Source: Vicugna vicugna
Taxonomy: Eukaryota
Direction: 5' to 3'
Length of the DNA stretch: 64,000 nucleotides
Assembly: GCA_013265495.1 (NCBI GenBank)
Contig: MU061579.1
Span: 2,663,319-2,727,318, forward strand
The position numbers and the translations under genes were made by a program. This document shows, piece by piece, positions 51,451-64,000 of the stretch (its first letter is position 1; every line of letters begins with the position of its first letter). The notes below the pieces were generated by a model, which was not told the DNA's origin, ran no database searches, and worked only from the letters and a program-made list of their open reading frames with translations.

Positions 51451-52288
51451 GCTCAGGTCAATGGCATATAGTACAGTGAACAGTTAGTCCTCCTATCTGC
51501 CGGATATGAAGGGCCAACTATACACACATTTGTATTACATTAAAGTAAAAGGTATAGAAAACCAAGTCATTATTGCTAGGCAAAGGCAATAGTTAACATT
51601 TCAGACAGGAGATTTTAACTTACTTATTTGTAGAATTTTTGGATGCATCCCGGGTGTAATCTGCATCCATATCACAAAATTTACCAAGACAGCAAGTCAT
51701 TTGGGACAAAAAATAATCTGGGGATTATAAGAGTATGAATTTGATTGTCAAGGAAGTCCAAAGGGATATCAAATTGGAAGGCACTAGGACTTGTAAAATT
51801 ACTTAGTGCATTTCCTATCCTTACAGACCTTTCCCAAACCTGAGATGATCTTCATCATGTAGGATATTGTTTGAAGATAAGGAAATTCAGAATTCAGTAT
51901 GTAGTTTGTGGAGTCATAATTACATGTGCAGTTGAATGTAAGTGTTCCAGTTTGAACTAAACTGGTACTTTCATATCAATGTAGATGTGTTAGAGGAACA
52001 TCTAGTGGACTGTTGTTGTCTGGTTGAGATGCACATGTCAGGTGTGAATGTGAAGAGTGCAGTGGGTAAGACAGTGGTTCAGTTATGAGTGTCTTATTAG
52101 GTGAAAGGGTATCCACAAAACTTTTCCAGGAAGAACAGAGAACCTGAGAAACAACTAGTCTTAAGGAGACAGAGATATATTCCAAATACAATGACTCCGT
52201 ACTGAGAGGGCAAAAGCAATTCCAAATACATATGGTATCCATTACTCACCTGTGTTCTACTGCCATGGAAGCTGCTTCAATAAACATA

Positions 52289-52509
52289 CAGTTGAGCCTT
52301 GAACAACGAGGGAGGGAGGGCTAAGGGCAGCAACCCTCTGCATAGCCAAAAATCTGTATATAATATATAGTTGGCCCTCCCTCTACATGGATCTTCAGCA
52401 TCCTTGGATTCAACCAACTGCACAGCAGTACCATAGTATTTACTATTAAAAAAATCCACACATAAGTGAACCTGTGTAGTTCAAACCCATGTTGTTTAAA
52501 GGTCAACTG
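52289..52509 (-). mobile_element. Tigger2-family MITE
   Basis: TIRs cagttgagccttgaacaac ... gttgtttaaaggtcaactg with TA flanks on both sides. Confidence 0.9.
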
Positions 52510-52694
52510 TACATTAAATTTATAAATAAATGGGCACAATTTAAAATGGACATAGTTACACAGCATGATAATTGTGAAACACTAGAAAGTGTAACAGTAC
52601 TCCCAGTTTTGTTTGGAACACAGGATGGCTTAGTCCACCAAACCACATTATTTGCCTAATGCTCCAATGCAATGACTCAATAAAACTATGCTAT

Positions 52695-52825
52695 TATAAT
52701 CTCCATTTTAAATAGGAAACACCTATGAAATATATAGTGTACATGATTTGTCCAAAGTTAATGACAGACCTGGGTTTTAGCCCTGTGTTGAGTTTGACGC
52801 CAAAGCACCCAATACACTGAGCATA
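52695..52825 (-). mobile_element. diverged MIR
   Basis: ctccattttaaataggaaacac...tgatttgtccaaagtta...ctgggttttagccctg...tttgacgccaaagc. Confidence 0.55.
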
Positions 52826-54639
52826 ACTCCAGGTTATCAGTCCATGTGTATAGTTATGATCAGATATGATAAGAATATTCATTAGTTAACAACTGCTTTA
52901 AGATCAGAGGAAGGCACTTCCAACAGCGCAGGCATTTATAAGAGGATACAGTTCTTGTCCCGAATATCAGCAGCTGGCTCTTTAATACTATCGTCTTAGT
53001 GACAACCTTGGAGTATTTTTGTATCATTATGGGTAGTGAGAGGCTTTGTAGTTGGTGAAAACAAAGACTAGGTGATCAGAAGCACCAGTAAGACAGCCCT
53101 GAGGATTCCCAGAAATAATAAAATTTGAAGAAGCCCGGAACTGGTATCATTCCACATCACATAATTTCATAGGAGAGAAAACTCTTTATTTCCAAAAATG
53201 TGTTATTTGACCCAAATGTGTTGTTTTTTTTTTGAGAAAAATTCTAGATGAAACTAACCTGACTGCATTACTATAGCTCATACAAGGTTAAATCACTCCT
53301 GGTTAGATAACATTTTTGGATTCCGGAAGTAATGATGATTGACGCACATTGTGAAACAGAGGTTCTCAGAGTTCTGGCTGATGTTCTCCTTGGCTTGCAG
53401 GCAGCCAGCAGGCATAGGTAGCACTCTCCTACATCTCAGTGTCCCCATCCTATGATTGTAACCCAGGTACCTTTCTCAGGACCTCCTTTTGCTCAGACTC
53501 TCAAATTCAAAATAGGAAAATTCATGTATCGTGATGAAATGAGAACCATCAAAGAAGGATGATTTTACGTATTTCTAGAACTACTCTCTTGCTTTTAGAT
53601 AACAAAAAGCCTCTTCTTTTGTCTCACATTTGCTGCCTTGATTTCCCTATGGACAGACATAAAATTTAGAAGATATTTTTGATTCTTTTATTTATAACTT
53701 AGAAAAATAAACCCTTAAGGTACATTTACTTCCCCTTGTAAATAACGCATTCACAATTTGGAAAAAAAATTCTAGCATCGTAAACACAATGCAAAAATTT
53801 AAAATATGATGTATATTATACATAATCTTATTTTTCTATCCCCGAAGACCCCCAGTAGATGTGACAAGACATGCATTTTTTTTTTTTGACTTAAAGACTT
53901 GTGTTCTCTATTTTGGCCTCACATCGCAGTTAACGCAGCAGGACCTCAGAGGGGAAAAAAAAGAGTGCAATTGAAGTTCATGATTTTCCAGGTTCACTGG
54001 CTCTTAAAAATCTAAGGAACAGACAGGCAAAGCTCACAGCTTGGTATTTTAGACATACAACTTTCAAAGGGGTAGGGCTTTATTTAATTAGCAACTGCCT
54101 TCCCTGAGCTGCAGTGACATTCTGCTGAGCTTTTAAACAGGAGTGTGAAGTCAGAGCTGCCATCACAGATGAAGCCAAACGTGACTTTCCATTCCAGTTT
54201 TAGCAACGTTTCTCCATCAGGAACGTTGCCTGGTCCTCTTATGTCTACATGTCCTCACATTTGTCATATCACATTGAAATATTAACGTATTCTACAAAAA
54301 TAAATCTTTGTTTCACTGTGTTGGTAATTCTATTAGCTTGCTAGAATCATGATTTTCTTCTTGCCCATTTCTGCCCATATCTCTTTGTTATTTAACAGCC
54401 ATTCAGTTGTGTCCGGCCTAGTGTGGAGGGTGCTCAATCTCTGTCTCATTACACAGGTTCACCACCACTGGGGGCCTGCTTGATGCTGGCCTAGACCAAG
54501 GAGATAAATATCTCAAACCCACAAAACAAACCAGAGACCCAACACTTCAGTGGAGAGGAGCTCGTTTAATATTTGCTGAAAAATGAAATAACGGTAAGTA
54601 GAACATAACAGTGAGTTCTTCTGTAAGAAAGGGAAAGCT

Positions 54640-54765
54640 GCTTAGCATTTGTTAGATATACCAGGCATTGTGCTGGACGTCATTTATACATTGTTCCATT
54701 TAATTCTGATAACAACCCATTGTGGTAAGGTTGAGTAAACCAATCTGAAAGTTTCCTAGCTCGGA
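54640..54765 (-). mobile_element. MIR fragment
   Basis: tataccaggcattgtgctggacgtcatttatacattgttccatttaattctgataacaaccc. Confidence 0.7.
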
Positions 54766-55129
54766 AATTATGCACAGTGTAATACAGGCAGCTTGCTCAT
54801 AAATTCACTTCTGTATGGTTGATGCTTGAGATTTGGATGTTGCGTCTGTTTTTTTTTTTTCCTTTATTGCAGGACTGTCCTTCTATCGCATGATGTTACT
54901 GGTTAAATCTGCTTGGGGTGGGTTGTGCCATGTATAGGGGTGTTTTTCAGCATGGGCAGAGGGATGTCGTGGTCCTTGGGAGCCCTTCATCTGAGGGAGG
55001 CAGTAGACATTTTGGAGGTGGTGGTGTTAAGCTTCAAAATTAAGAAACAAATTATGAATTAGCTAATGACAGAATTGTTCTTTAGTAAATGCTTGCTTAC
55101 TTGTAAAACGTGAATTTTAAAAGGATTTT

Positions 55130-57205
55130 AGAAGCTTTATTGAAGTGTAATTTATCTACTATAAAATGTACCCACTGTATGTGTAGAATTCACTGATTTT
55201 TAGTAAATCTAGAGTTTGATGTGTGACATCATTATCATACAGTTTTAGAATATTCACCTCATTCAACAAGTTTCTTCCTGCTCATTTTCAGTCAGTCCTC
55301 TCTGCCCTAATCTCCAGGCAAACATTGATATGCTTTTAGTCTATAGATTAACCATTTCTGCAGATTTAATATACTAGTATAATGTATAGCTTTTTGTATC
55401 TGGAGTTTTTAACTACCATGTGTCTGAGCTTCATTTTTGTTGCATCGTATATCAATAATTCGCTTCTTTTCATTAATGAATAGTATTCCATTGTATGGCT
55501 TTACCTGTTTGTTTATTCATTCACTAGTTGATGAACATTTTGTTTTCAGTTCTTGGCTATTTTGAACAATGCTGCTAGAAACATTTGAGAACTGGCTTTT
55601 CTATGGACGTGATGTTTTCATTGCTCTAAGAGGACTCCTAGGTAAAAAAGGTCTAAGTCATATGTTAACTTTTTTTTAAGAAACTACTTTCCTAAGTGGC
55701 TATACCATTGTGGTAGGCAAAAGAAGGGCTACCCTGCAGAGATGGACAAGTTCTAATTTCTGTAACTTGGGACTATGCTCTATCACATGGGAAAAGGGAA
55801 TTAAGGTAGTTGTGGGGGATATCTGAGCTTCTCCAAGTGGACCCAATGTTAACTATAAGGGTCTTTAAAAATGGAAGAAAAGAGGCAGAGACATGAGGCA
55901 GAGAGATGACAACACAAGGATTCAGTGCTCTTTTGCTGGCTTTGAGATGTACGTGTTTGTGGGGGAGTTATGTGCACAGATTGGACAGAACCCATTGGGA
56001 GCTAAGAACGGCCCCCAGCTGATAGCCAGTGAAAAACAAAGACCTCAGTTAATAGAAGGCATAGAACTGAATTCTGCCAACATTTGAATGAGCACGGAAA
56101 TGTATTCTCCCTAAAAGCCCACAAAAGGAACACAGCCCTGCCTACACTGTGGTCTTAGCCCAGTGAAACCCATATGGAATTTCTGAACTATAGGAAGAAC
56201 TGTAAGGTAATATGTGTTATTTGATATGTTTTTGGTAACTTTTTACAGTAGCAAGAAACAAATACAATCATTTTACATTTCAACTAGCAACAGATAAAGG
56301 TTGTAGTTTTTCAACATCCTTGCCAACACTTACCGTTGTCTTTTTAATTATAGCTACTCTAATGGGCTTGTAGCAGTACGTTGTTGCGTTTCTAATTTTC
56401 ATTTGCCTAATGAATAATGACATTAAACATCTTTTCTTGTGTTTGTTTGCCATTTGTACAGCTTCTCTGGAGAAGATTTCTTTTGGTAAAATATCTATTT
56501 GAATCTGTTATCTATTTTTAAATCAAGTGTCATCTTATCACTGAGTTTTAAGTGCTCTTTACATAATCTGGAAACAAGTCTTTTATCAAATAAATGAGTT
56601 AATTTGTTTACACTTTGTGAGGTATCCAATTGTCCCAGTACCACTTGTTGAAAACAATTATCTTGGCATTTTTGTCAAAAATAAATTGAAGATGCAAGAA
56701 AGGGTTCTTATCCGGACTCTCAATTCTGTTACCTAAGTTTATATAATCTATATGACAACCCTTACACCAATACCACAGTGTTTTCATTGTTGTAGCCTCA
56801 TAGTATGTCTTTAAAATGGTTAGTTTAGTCATATAATTTTAATTTCCAAAATTGTTTTAGCTATTCTAGATTCTTTGATTTTCATACATGTCTTTTAGGA
56901 CTCACTTGTCAATTTATTTAAAAAAAACCTAATTTTGAATCTGTATATCAGTTGAAGGAGAATTACCACTTTGAATCTAGTTCCATAAACATGGGATGTC
57001 TCTCAATTTGTCTAGATCTTTGATTTTTCTCAGCAGTGTTTTACAGTTTTTATTTTGCAAGTTTTGTACTGCTTTTTATTAAATTTATTCTTAAGTATTG
57101 TATTCTTTTTTCTCCTATTGTGAATGGAATCGTCTGTTTAATTTTATTTTTTAATTATTTATTTCTAGATTACAGACAAAATTGATTTTATTTTTCTATT
57201 GACAT
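55130..57205 (-). mobile_element. L1MB-like element (3' end and ORF2) interrupted by MLT1
   Basis: agctttattgaagtgtaatttatctactataaaatgtacccac antisense 3' terminus; minus ORF 56608-56832 gives ORF2-like KTYYEATTMKTLWYW...FNKWYWDNWI. Confidence 0.88.
55709..56266 (+). mobile_element. MaLR solo LTR (MLT1D/E-like)
   Basis: tgtggtaggc start, cagtagcaagaaacaaataca end, internal gaactgaattctgccaacatttgaatgagc; 5-bp TSD accat/atcat. Confidence 0.9.
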
Positions 57206-57206
57206 T

Positions 57207-57435
57207 TGTCTTAATTTCCTCAGACTGCTAGGAGAAATAACTACAAACTTGGTGGCTTAAAACAATAAATTAATTCACTCAGTTCTGGATGCCAGAATTC
57301 TGAAATTAAGATGTTAGCAGGAGGCTGTCCCAAATTCCTTGGTATTCCTTGGTTTGTGGCAGTTGTCACTCCAGTCACTGCATCTTCTGCTCTTCTGTAT
57401 GTCTCTCCTCTTCTGTTCATCTCATTAGTAGATTT
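57207..57435 (-). mobile_element. MaLR LTR fragment (MLT1B/C-like)
   Basis: tgtcttaatttcctcagactgct...actacaaacttggtggcttaaaacaataaatt...cagttctggatgccagaattctgaaattaagatgttagcagg. Confidence 0.85.
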
Positions 57436-57699
57436 GTCTTCAAGGTTAGTAGATTTTCATGAATAAACACTTGTCAGTTTGTTGTATACCTTCTGTCCAT
57501 TTCCAGAGCCTTAAATCTATTGTTTTTTTGATAATTATGTCCAGTTTTTGTAATTGTTTTAGAGATGATTTGCCAAACTTTTCATCTCACTGTACCAGGA
57601 AATATCCAATTTGTAATATTTCATATTTGACTCTCATGTAAGGGTAGGAGAAAACTGAGTACACCTTTAAAGGTCAAAAATCTAAGCAGTACTTTTCCT

Positions 57700-57875
57700 A
57701 AGAGGCAGCATTTTGTAGTCGGAAAACCACGAACTAACGGAACTGGATTTCAGTGTGATGACTTTTGAGCTGTGTAATTTAGAAAAGATTATTTAAATTG
57801 TCTAGGTTTCTTCCTCAATCATAATAGAGTAGGAGAACAAAGATTTTTTTAAACTGTCTGTTGAAATATCAAATA
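57700..57875 (+). mobile_element. diverged MIR
   Basis: gaggcagcattttgtagtcggaaaac...gagctgtgtaatttagaaaagattatttaaattgtct. Confidence 0.6.
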
Positions 57876-58149
57876 ACATACAAATGCACAGTGATAAAAC
57901 GTCTATGTATATACATACACATATGTGAAAGTTTATAGATACACAAAACATACACCTTTATAATCATTTCTTTCTTATATAAAAACTAAAAAAAAAAGGC
58001 AACACCAAAAATGCTCTATGCTTCATTTCTTTTTTCAAAAGAAAGTTAAATATATTAGCATCCCAATGTCTTGACTTTATATTATTAAGTTACTCTGTGT
58101 TCCTCTAAAGGAAAAGTGCATTAAATTGAATGTTGTAATAATAGGGATT

Positions 58150-58476
58150 GGTTACAGATATGCCCTCTTCTCTTTCTGACACACAGCAAAACTGTCCTTT
58201 ACCCAGCCACCTTGAGATGATTTTCTATCCCATGACTTGCTTTGCGTAAGGAAACAAGAAGGCAATTCAATGTGATGCTTTGAAAGGAAAGTTTTAAAAG
58301 CCGGACTTGATTTACCACATTCCAACTCCTCTGTCTTGGGGATCTCAGACAGACTCTCTTGCAAACCCATAATGACATGAGTTATGAATGAGAAATAAGC
58401 TTTTGCTTTTCAAAACTATTGTGATTTTGTGCATGCAAGTTAGTGCAGCATAACTTAGCCTGATCTGACTAGTACA
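58150..58476 (+). mobile_element. old MaLR LTR (MLT1I/J-like)
   Basis: 3' end atgaatgagaaataagcttttgct...gcagcataacttagcctgatctgactagtaca. Confidence 0.75.
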
Positions 58477-59469
58477 GTTTTTCAACAGATTTATTGGTTT
58501 ATACCCTTTAATATAAGTAATGCCCAGTAATATGCTTTAAGGATTCGTGTACTTCTAATAGGGTTTTAACTAAAATCTAAAAGGACGCAAAAGTTTTATA
58601 AAATTCCTTGGAAGCCCAGTTAAAGAGCTTATGTTGCATTGCAGATGAATTCGACAGTTACAAAATAATGGTAAACATAAACTGGTAGCTTAAAATATCC
58701 AAGCTAAAAGTCATTAAACTAGAATAAGCACTTGAAAATGAATATAGACTCAGATAAATGCATATATTTAATCAAACATTTCTGTAGGTACTTGCTCTAA
58801 CTGGGAAATTCAGAACCACAGGAAGAAATGCAAGTAATTTGAGTGCTCCGCACTGGCATTTAAATACAAGAGAAAAAATGTTAATAGGATAAGTACCAGA
58901 AAGGATTAAGTGAAGCTCAACACCAAAGAGGATTAGTTATTATCCTGCCTTTACAGGCACCCAAATTTCATGTGGCCAAGTAGATAGGAAATAGAAAGCC
59001 AGTACTACAAAATGGGACTTTTTTTCTTCTTTCTGCAATAAGCTTATATTAAACTCAGTTTTATTATGGCACATAACTAAACAAGTAACTCAATACTTAA
59101 GCTTTTCTCTGGGTAATCTAAAATGTAGTATACTTCTTCAGTGTATTTTAGGAAAAGTTTGCATTTTCCCATCTAAACATCACATTAAGTAAGCACACAA
59201 ATTTGCAGCTAAGCAACAGATTTTCTGCTTCCAAAACCAACCATTCACACCCATATACCGTTAGGACTTTCTGCATTATTCACACCAAGAGGACTGCAGA
59301 GGTTTACTGTGTTTTGCTTCATTTACTGTATATATTTCATTGCAATAAGGTAAGATATAAAGTATACACATGTATATATGCATATGTGTCATATCACACA
59401 CATACGTATATGTGTACGTAGGAATGTAAATAAACACCTACATACACATGCAATTGACATTTAGGTATC

Positions 59470-60010
59470 TCTGAACCTGAGATGTGTCGTACACTGGTGA
59501 AAGATTTAAAAATTCCTTGAAAAAGGAATGAGAACCCTGGCTGTTGTATGAGAATCGTCAACTAATATCCCCAGTAGACAAAAAACGAACCATCTTTGAA
59601 AATGTATCAAATTGGCATTAGTGATTTGGAAGTAAATGTTAAGAGACAATTACAGAACGTTCTTAGGAAATGCTGTATCACCAACACTCTTGACAACACA
59701 TTGACCAATGTTGCGTGTTGTGATTCAGCGGCAATTCTTAACAAAAAATAAATTCAGGAAAATCATTTTTGGATTCAAAGAAGATTTAAGAACACATGAA
59801 CTAATTTACTTTGTTCATTTTTTTTCCATTGGGTGTGCATATCAGAATGATACACAATTTGAAGAACTATCTCAGTAATGTCAGAACTCTTGGTAAGAAT
59901 AAAATTGAAAAAAATGTGATAAGTATATCATTGTTGACATGTTAGCATTTTTTCTTTCTTAGTGTTCATAAAATAAGGTATAGCTTATAACTGATGTTCA
60001 TGAAATATGG
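59470..60010 (+). mobile_element. TcMar-Tc2/pogo-type (Kanga-like) transposon 3' fragment
   Basis: ttcttaggaaatgctgtatcaccaacactcttgac reads F-L/RKCCITNTLD, resembling the pogo/Kanga transposase C-terminal KKCCISNALDG motif; boundaries approximate. Confidence 0.55.
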
Positions 60011-60820
60011 TAGCAAATGGTAGTTTACTGATTGTAGTTCTTAAATTTTAACCTGAAAGGCAAGTGCTGTTGGCATCTCTACGGGGAATGATATTCTAGT
60101 TGTTCAGATAGTTGAACAACTATCAAGTTCTATTCAACTCATATTCATACCAGTTTCCATGCAATTTCTGACTTTATGTTATTTTTCACCATATTTGTTT
60201 ACTGAGGGTGAAAAAGGACAAAAGACAAGAAAATATTTGTAACTCAGGGCTAGTTTCCAACTATAGTCCGGTAGCTAGGATTATTTACTGAGTTCAAATA
60301 CATTTCATTTACCAATATCAAATCCCTATCCACAAATACCAAAGACTTACTGAATTTTACTCATTCAATCATTGAATAATTATTTGCAGAGTTCCTTATA
60401 TATGCCAGAAACTCTCTAAATTAGGATTGCTACTTTACAATGATATTTTTGTAGAGTAGTATCAGTATATTACTATTTGAAAAAAATCTGATTTTTGACA
60501 AATAAAATTTCAATAGGGAAAACTTCATTTAATAGTATTATGAATGAAACATTCCAGAGATATACATTAGGGAATTCTCTTCAGAGAGAGCAGAGACTGC
60601 CTGTTGTGATCAATGATACAGGTCCGGCACCTGGCCCAGACCTGACATTACAGTGTACGTTATTGAAATAATTGACAAATAAATGTTATCTTTACCTCTA
60701 ATATCAGAAACAGAGACCAATTTAGAAGAGTTCTAATTCCTAAGCATATTTTAAAAAGCAAGGAAAAATAAAACTGTGTAAAAAGATTTTAAAATATTCT
60801 AAGCTAGGAAAACACCAAGA

Positions 60821-60857
60821 GTGTGTGTGTGTATGTGTGTGTTTGTGTGTGTGTGTG
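60821..60857. repeat. (TG)n microsatellite
   Basis: gtgtgtgtgtgtatgtgtgtgtttgtgtgtgtgtgtg. Confidence 0.92.
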
Positions 60858-61059
60858 GAGTTCAGATATCTAACAGTGTTCAATCATGCTGCTACAATTG
60901 CTACAAAAGAAAAAAAAAGTGCAAGCTTTTTTTCCTTTTAATACAAAAGTTAAACTGCCAAACATCAATTAATAGGTGATGTACTCAATAAATGTGCTGC
61001 ATAAATGAAACTTAAAATGACTATTTATAGAGTTAAAAAAGAAAGATGGTACTGAACGT

Positions 61060-61187
61060 AGAATGACAACATATCCCAATTTGCCTGGGTCATTTCAGAT
61101 TATGCCTGTTGTACCAGCATAATTACTAGAAGGTGTCTTTCACTATCCAGAATATCCTCATTTGTCCAAAAAGTTATGTGATCATCT
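61060..61187. mobile_element. MER94-type hAT-Blackjack MITE
   Basis: agaatgacaacatatcccaatttgcctggg...tatgcctgttgtaccagcataatta...ttatgtgatcatct. Confidence 0.8.
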
Positions 61188-62152
61188 GGGCTGTACCTGA
61201 TGATAAGATAAAATATTTTCAGAGTGATTTTTCTATTATTACCCATAACAACCCTTTTATGACAATTAGATATTTCATTCTACTTTTGATTATTAGAAAT
61301 CTATTTGTTGAGAAGAAATAGGTGGCATGGTTATTGTTTGTGACACTAAATCTCATGAACCTCATTTTATATTTTTCAGACACGTCCTGGTATACAGAAA
61401 ACACAGACATTGAGTAGATAAATACACTTGTAATTCTTCAGATGATACTTGATTGTAAAACTTCTTAGAGATTGAGGACATTAATTTTATAGGACAGCTT
61501 CAGGTTTAAGTCTCTTTTTAAATACAAATATCTATGAGTGCAAATAAGGCATAATTGTACATATCTGTGTTAGTTGTGTAACATCAACACATGCACAGGA
61601 AAGAAAATACTATGCATGAGGGGTGTGTAAGAATTTGTCATACTTCCATGGGCAGGTACACACATACTCAGTATGAATCAAAGGCATGCTTCCAAGTGCT
61701 AATAGAAGGAAGTCCAGAGTGACTATGAAGATAGTTTCCATGGCAATGCCATCAATTTAGGTTTTGTACCACCACTTTCTAAATTCAGACCATGTCAGAT
61801 AATTTTACTGTTTTTCTAAGAATATTAGAGTTATTATTAGAACTTTATATTCTAAAACATATTTCTTCCCTTTCCTAATTTGTCAAGATCTTTTCCCAGA
61901 AAAAAATAGTTTAAAAATTACCTTGTTTTGAATTTTAGCTACAAATGCATGAAGTTGGCTACCAATTTTGGCTTCAACTTGTAAAGAACTTGGATGCCAT
62001 CGATCCTGTTCTTAAAACAAGAAAAAAAACTGAATAAGCAGAAAACCTACACTTTGTCTTGTGTCCATTAAAGCATTGAGTGTACAGAACAAATTGCCTT
62101 CCAGAAATCTGGAGAAATGGCAAATTCAGAAAGTCATGGTCAAGATCTGCCT

Positions 62153-64000
62153 TGATTGACAAGGTAGATTTTATTAAAATTAAACATTTCTGCTCTGTGA
62201 AAGGTGCTGTTAAGAGACTCAAAAGACAAGCTAAAGACTGGGATAATTTATTTGCAATACACCTATGTGATAAAAATATGTACCCAAAAGATACAAAGAG
62301 CTCTTAAAACTCAACAGAACAAAACTCAAACAAGCCAATTAAGAAATGGGCAAAAAATCTGAACAGACACCTCACCAAAGATATACAGGTGTTATACAAT
62401 GATATGAAAAAATGCTCAACATCATTTGTTATTAGTTAATTGCAAGTCAAAACAACAAGAACTATTTTACACCTATTAGAATGGCAAAAATTTCAAAAGT
62501 TGATACTATCAACTCCTTGCGAGTATGAGAAGCAACAGATACTTTGAGTAATTGCTCTGAGTAATTGAAATGATACAGCTATTTTGGAAGACATTTTTGC
62601 AATTTTTCACTACACTAAATATAGTCTTACCAAAATATCCAGCAACTATGATCCTAGTTTTTACGCACATTTCTGAAAACTTATGTCCTCACAAAAAACC
62701 TGCACATAAATTTTTATAACAGTGTTATTAATAATCACCAAAAACTGAAATAACCAAGAAGTCTCTCAACAGGGAACGAAAAAACTGTAGTACATACATG
62801 CAATGGTACATTATTCAGAAATAAATGAAATTGAGCTACCAAGCCATGAAAAGACATGGACGAATCTTAAATGCAAATGATTACGAGAAATCTAAGAGAA
62901 AGAAGCCAGTCTGAAAATGATGCATACTTTATAACTCCAAATGTATAATATTCTGGAAAAGATAAATTAGAGATGGTATGCAAATCAGAGGTGATGGAGA
63001 GTCAGAGCAGAGAATGAGGCAGGTTGAACAGATGAAGAACAGACTTTTCAAGGTGTTGAAACTGTTCTGTGTGATGCTGTAACATACACAAGATATTAAA
63101 TACTTGTCAAAATCCATAGAACTTCACAGCACAAAACGTAAACCTTAAGCAAATTAAAACAAACTTAGGAAGTCAGAGAGTCCCAGTTCGGAATGCAAAT
63201 GTGACAAAAGAATCCACATGTATTAAAAAAAAAAAAAGTAGTGAAACCACCTTCCTGAAGGGGATGAGGCTGGTGGAAGGTGCTGATAGAAGTAACTTCG
63301 GAGCGCGAATGGAGTGTGTAAGACTAAAGGCTAAGAGAACTGCCAGCAATCACTGTATCTTAGTTGATAAATTTATTTTCCAGGAAGATAGTGGTTAACA
63401 TTTCTGAGACTACTGTAGGTGTATATTGGAACTGAACAATTAAGTCAATGGTTGGTGACTAATAGGAGCCAGGTTTTCCTCTGTTGTAGGGGGAGGTTAA
63501 AGATAGGCAAGAAATAGGAGGCTAGAATAGAATATGTGGTAATGGGTAGAGCTGGAGACAGCAGTCTGAGCTCATCTTTAGATTAACATACATACAGTTT
63601 GCATATTTAGAAACATGACTACTTCAAATGAGAGGCCTTAAAGTAATGAGTAAACCTGACATCCAAATCGTGGTTTTGAAGACTATCCTCCAACAAAAGA
63701 AACCAAGGTTCCTTGGTGAACTAGCCAATTTCAGGAATGAGTCAAGAACTATACAACATGAGCCTGCAACATGAGCCTCGAAACAATTTCCACACCTGCC
63801 ATTGATGTAGCTTGTCAAAGGGATACAGGAGCCAAGTGAAAGTGTCCCCAGTAGCTAAAACGGGAACAATTCGAGCAAGAAAACAAATAAAAAAGTATTG
63901 GCTTTTAACCCAAAGAATAAAATATCATGAATCTATACTGACATAAAGGCATTATTGAATAAATGGATGAGAATAGACAAATCCCTGGTATAGAATTCCA
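62153..64000 (+). mobile_element. L1MD/MC-like element, ORF2 3' part and 3' UTR (runs off window)
   Basis: IDKVDFIKIKHFCSVKGAVKRLKRQAKDWDNLFAIH (ORF2), aaatgggcaaaaaatctgaacagacacctcaccaaaga, long old-L1 3' UTR. Confidence 0.92.

Overview
AT-rich placental-mammal DNA, most likely a large intron or gene desert. A laurasiatherian origin, probably camelid, is inferred from recalled repeat content: a young L1 3' end, Tigger2-type MITEs, and no Alu, B1, Bov-tA, PRE1 or SINEC recognised. I could not support any protein-coding gene, structural RNA gene or CRISPR array; the ORF-track entries are chance ORFs or decayed L1/transposase frames. A large share of the window is interspersed repeat: MIR, L2, L1M-type LINEs, MaLR/ERV1/ERVL solo LTRs, a near full-length Charlie5-like hAT fossil, and MER58, MER63, MER94, Tigger2 and Kanga-type pieces. 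The most unusual structure is a ~290-bp, ~90%-identical inverted repeat (38327-38619 / 40189-40477) that I cannot assign to a known transposon. It brackets a ~1.57-kb unique spacer holding a 135-nt exon-like segment. Several TE-free blocks carry candidate small exons or regulatory motifs, all unverified. Repeat family names come from remembered consensus sequences, not a database search, and boundaries without target-site duplications are approximate.
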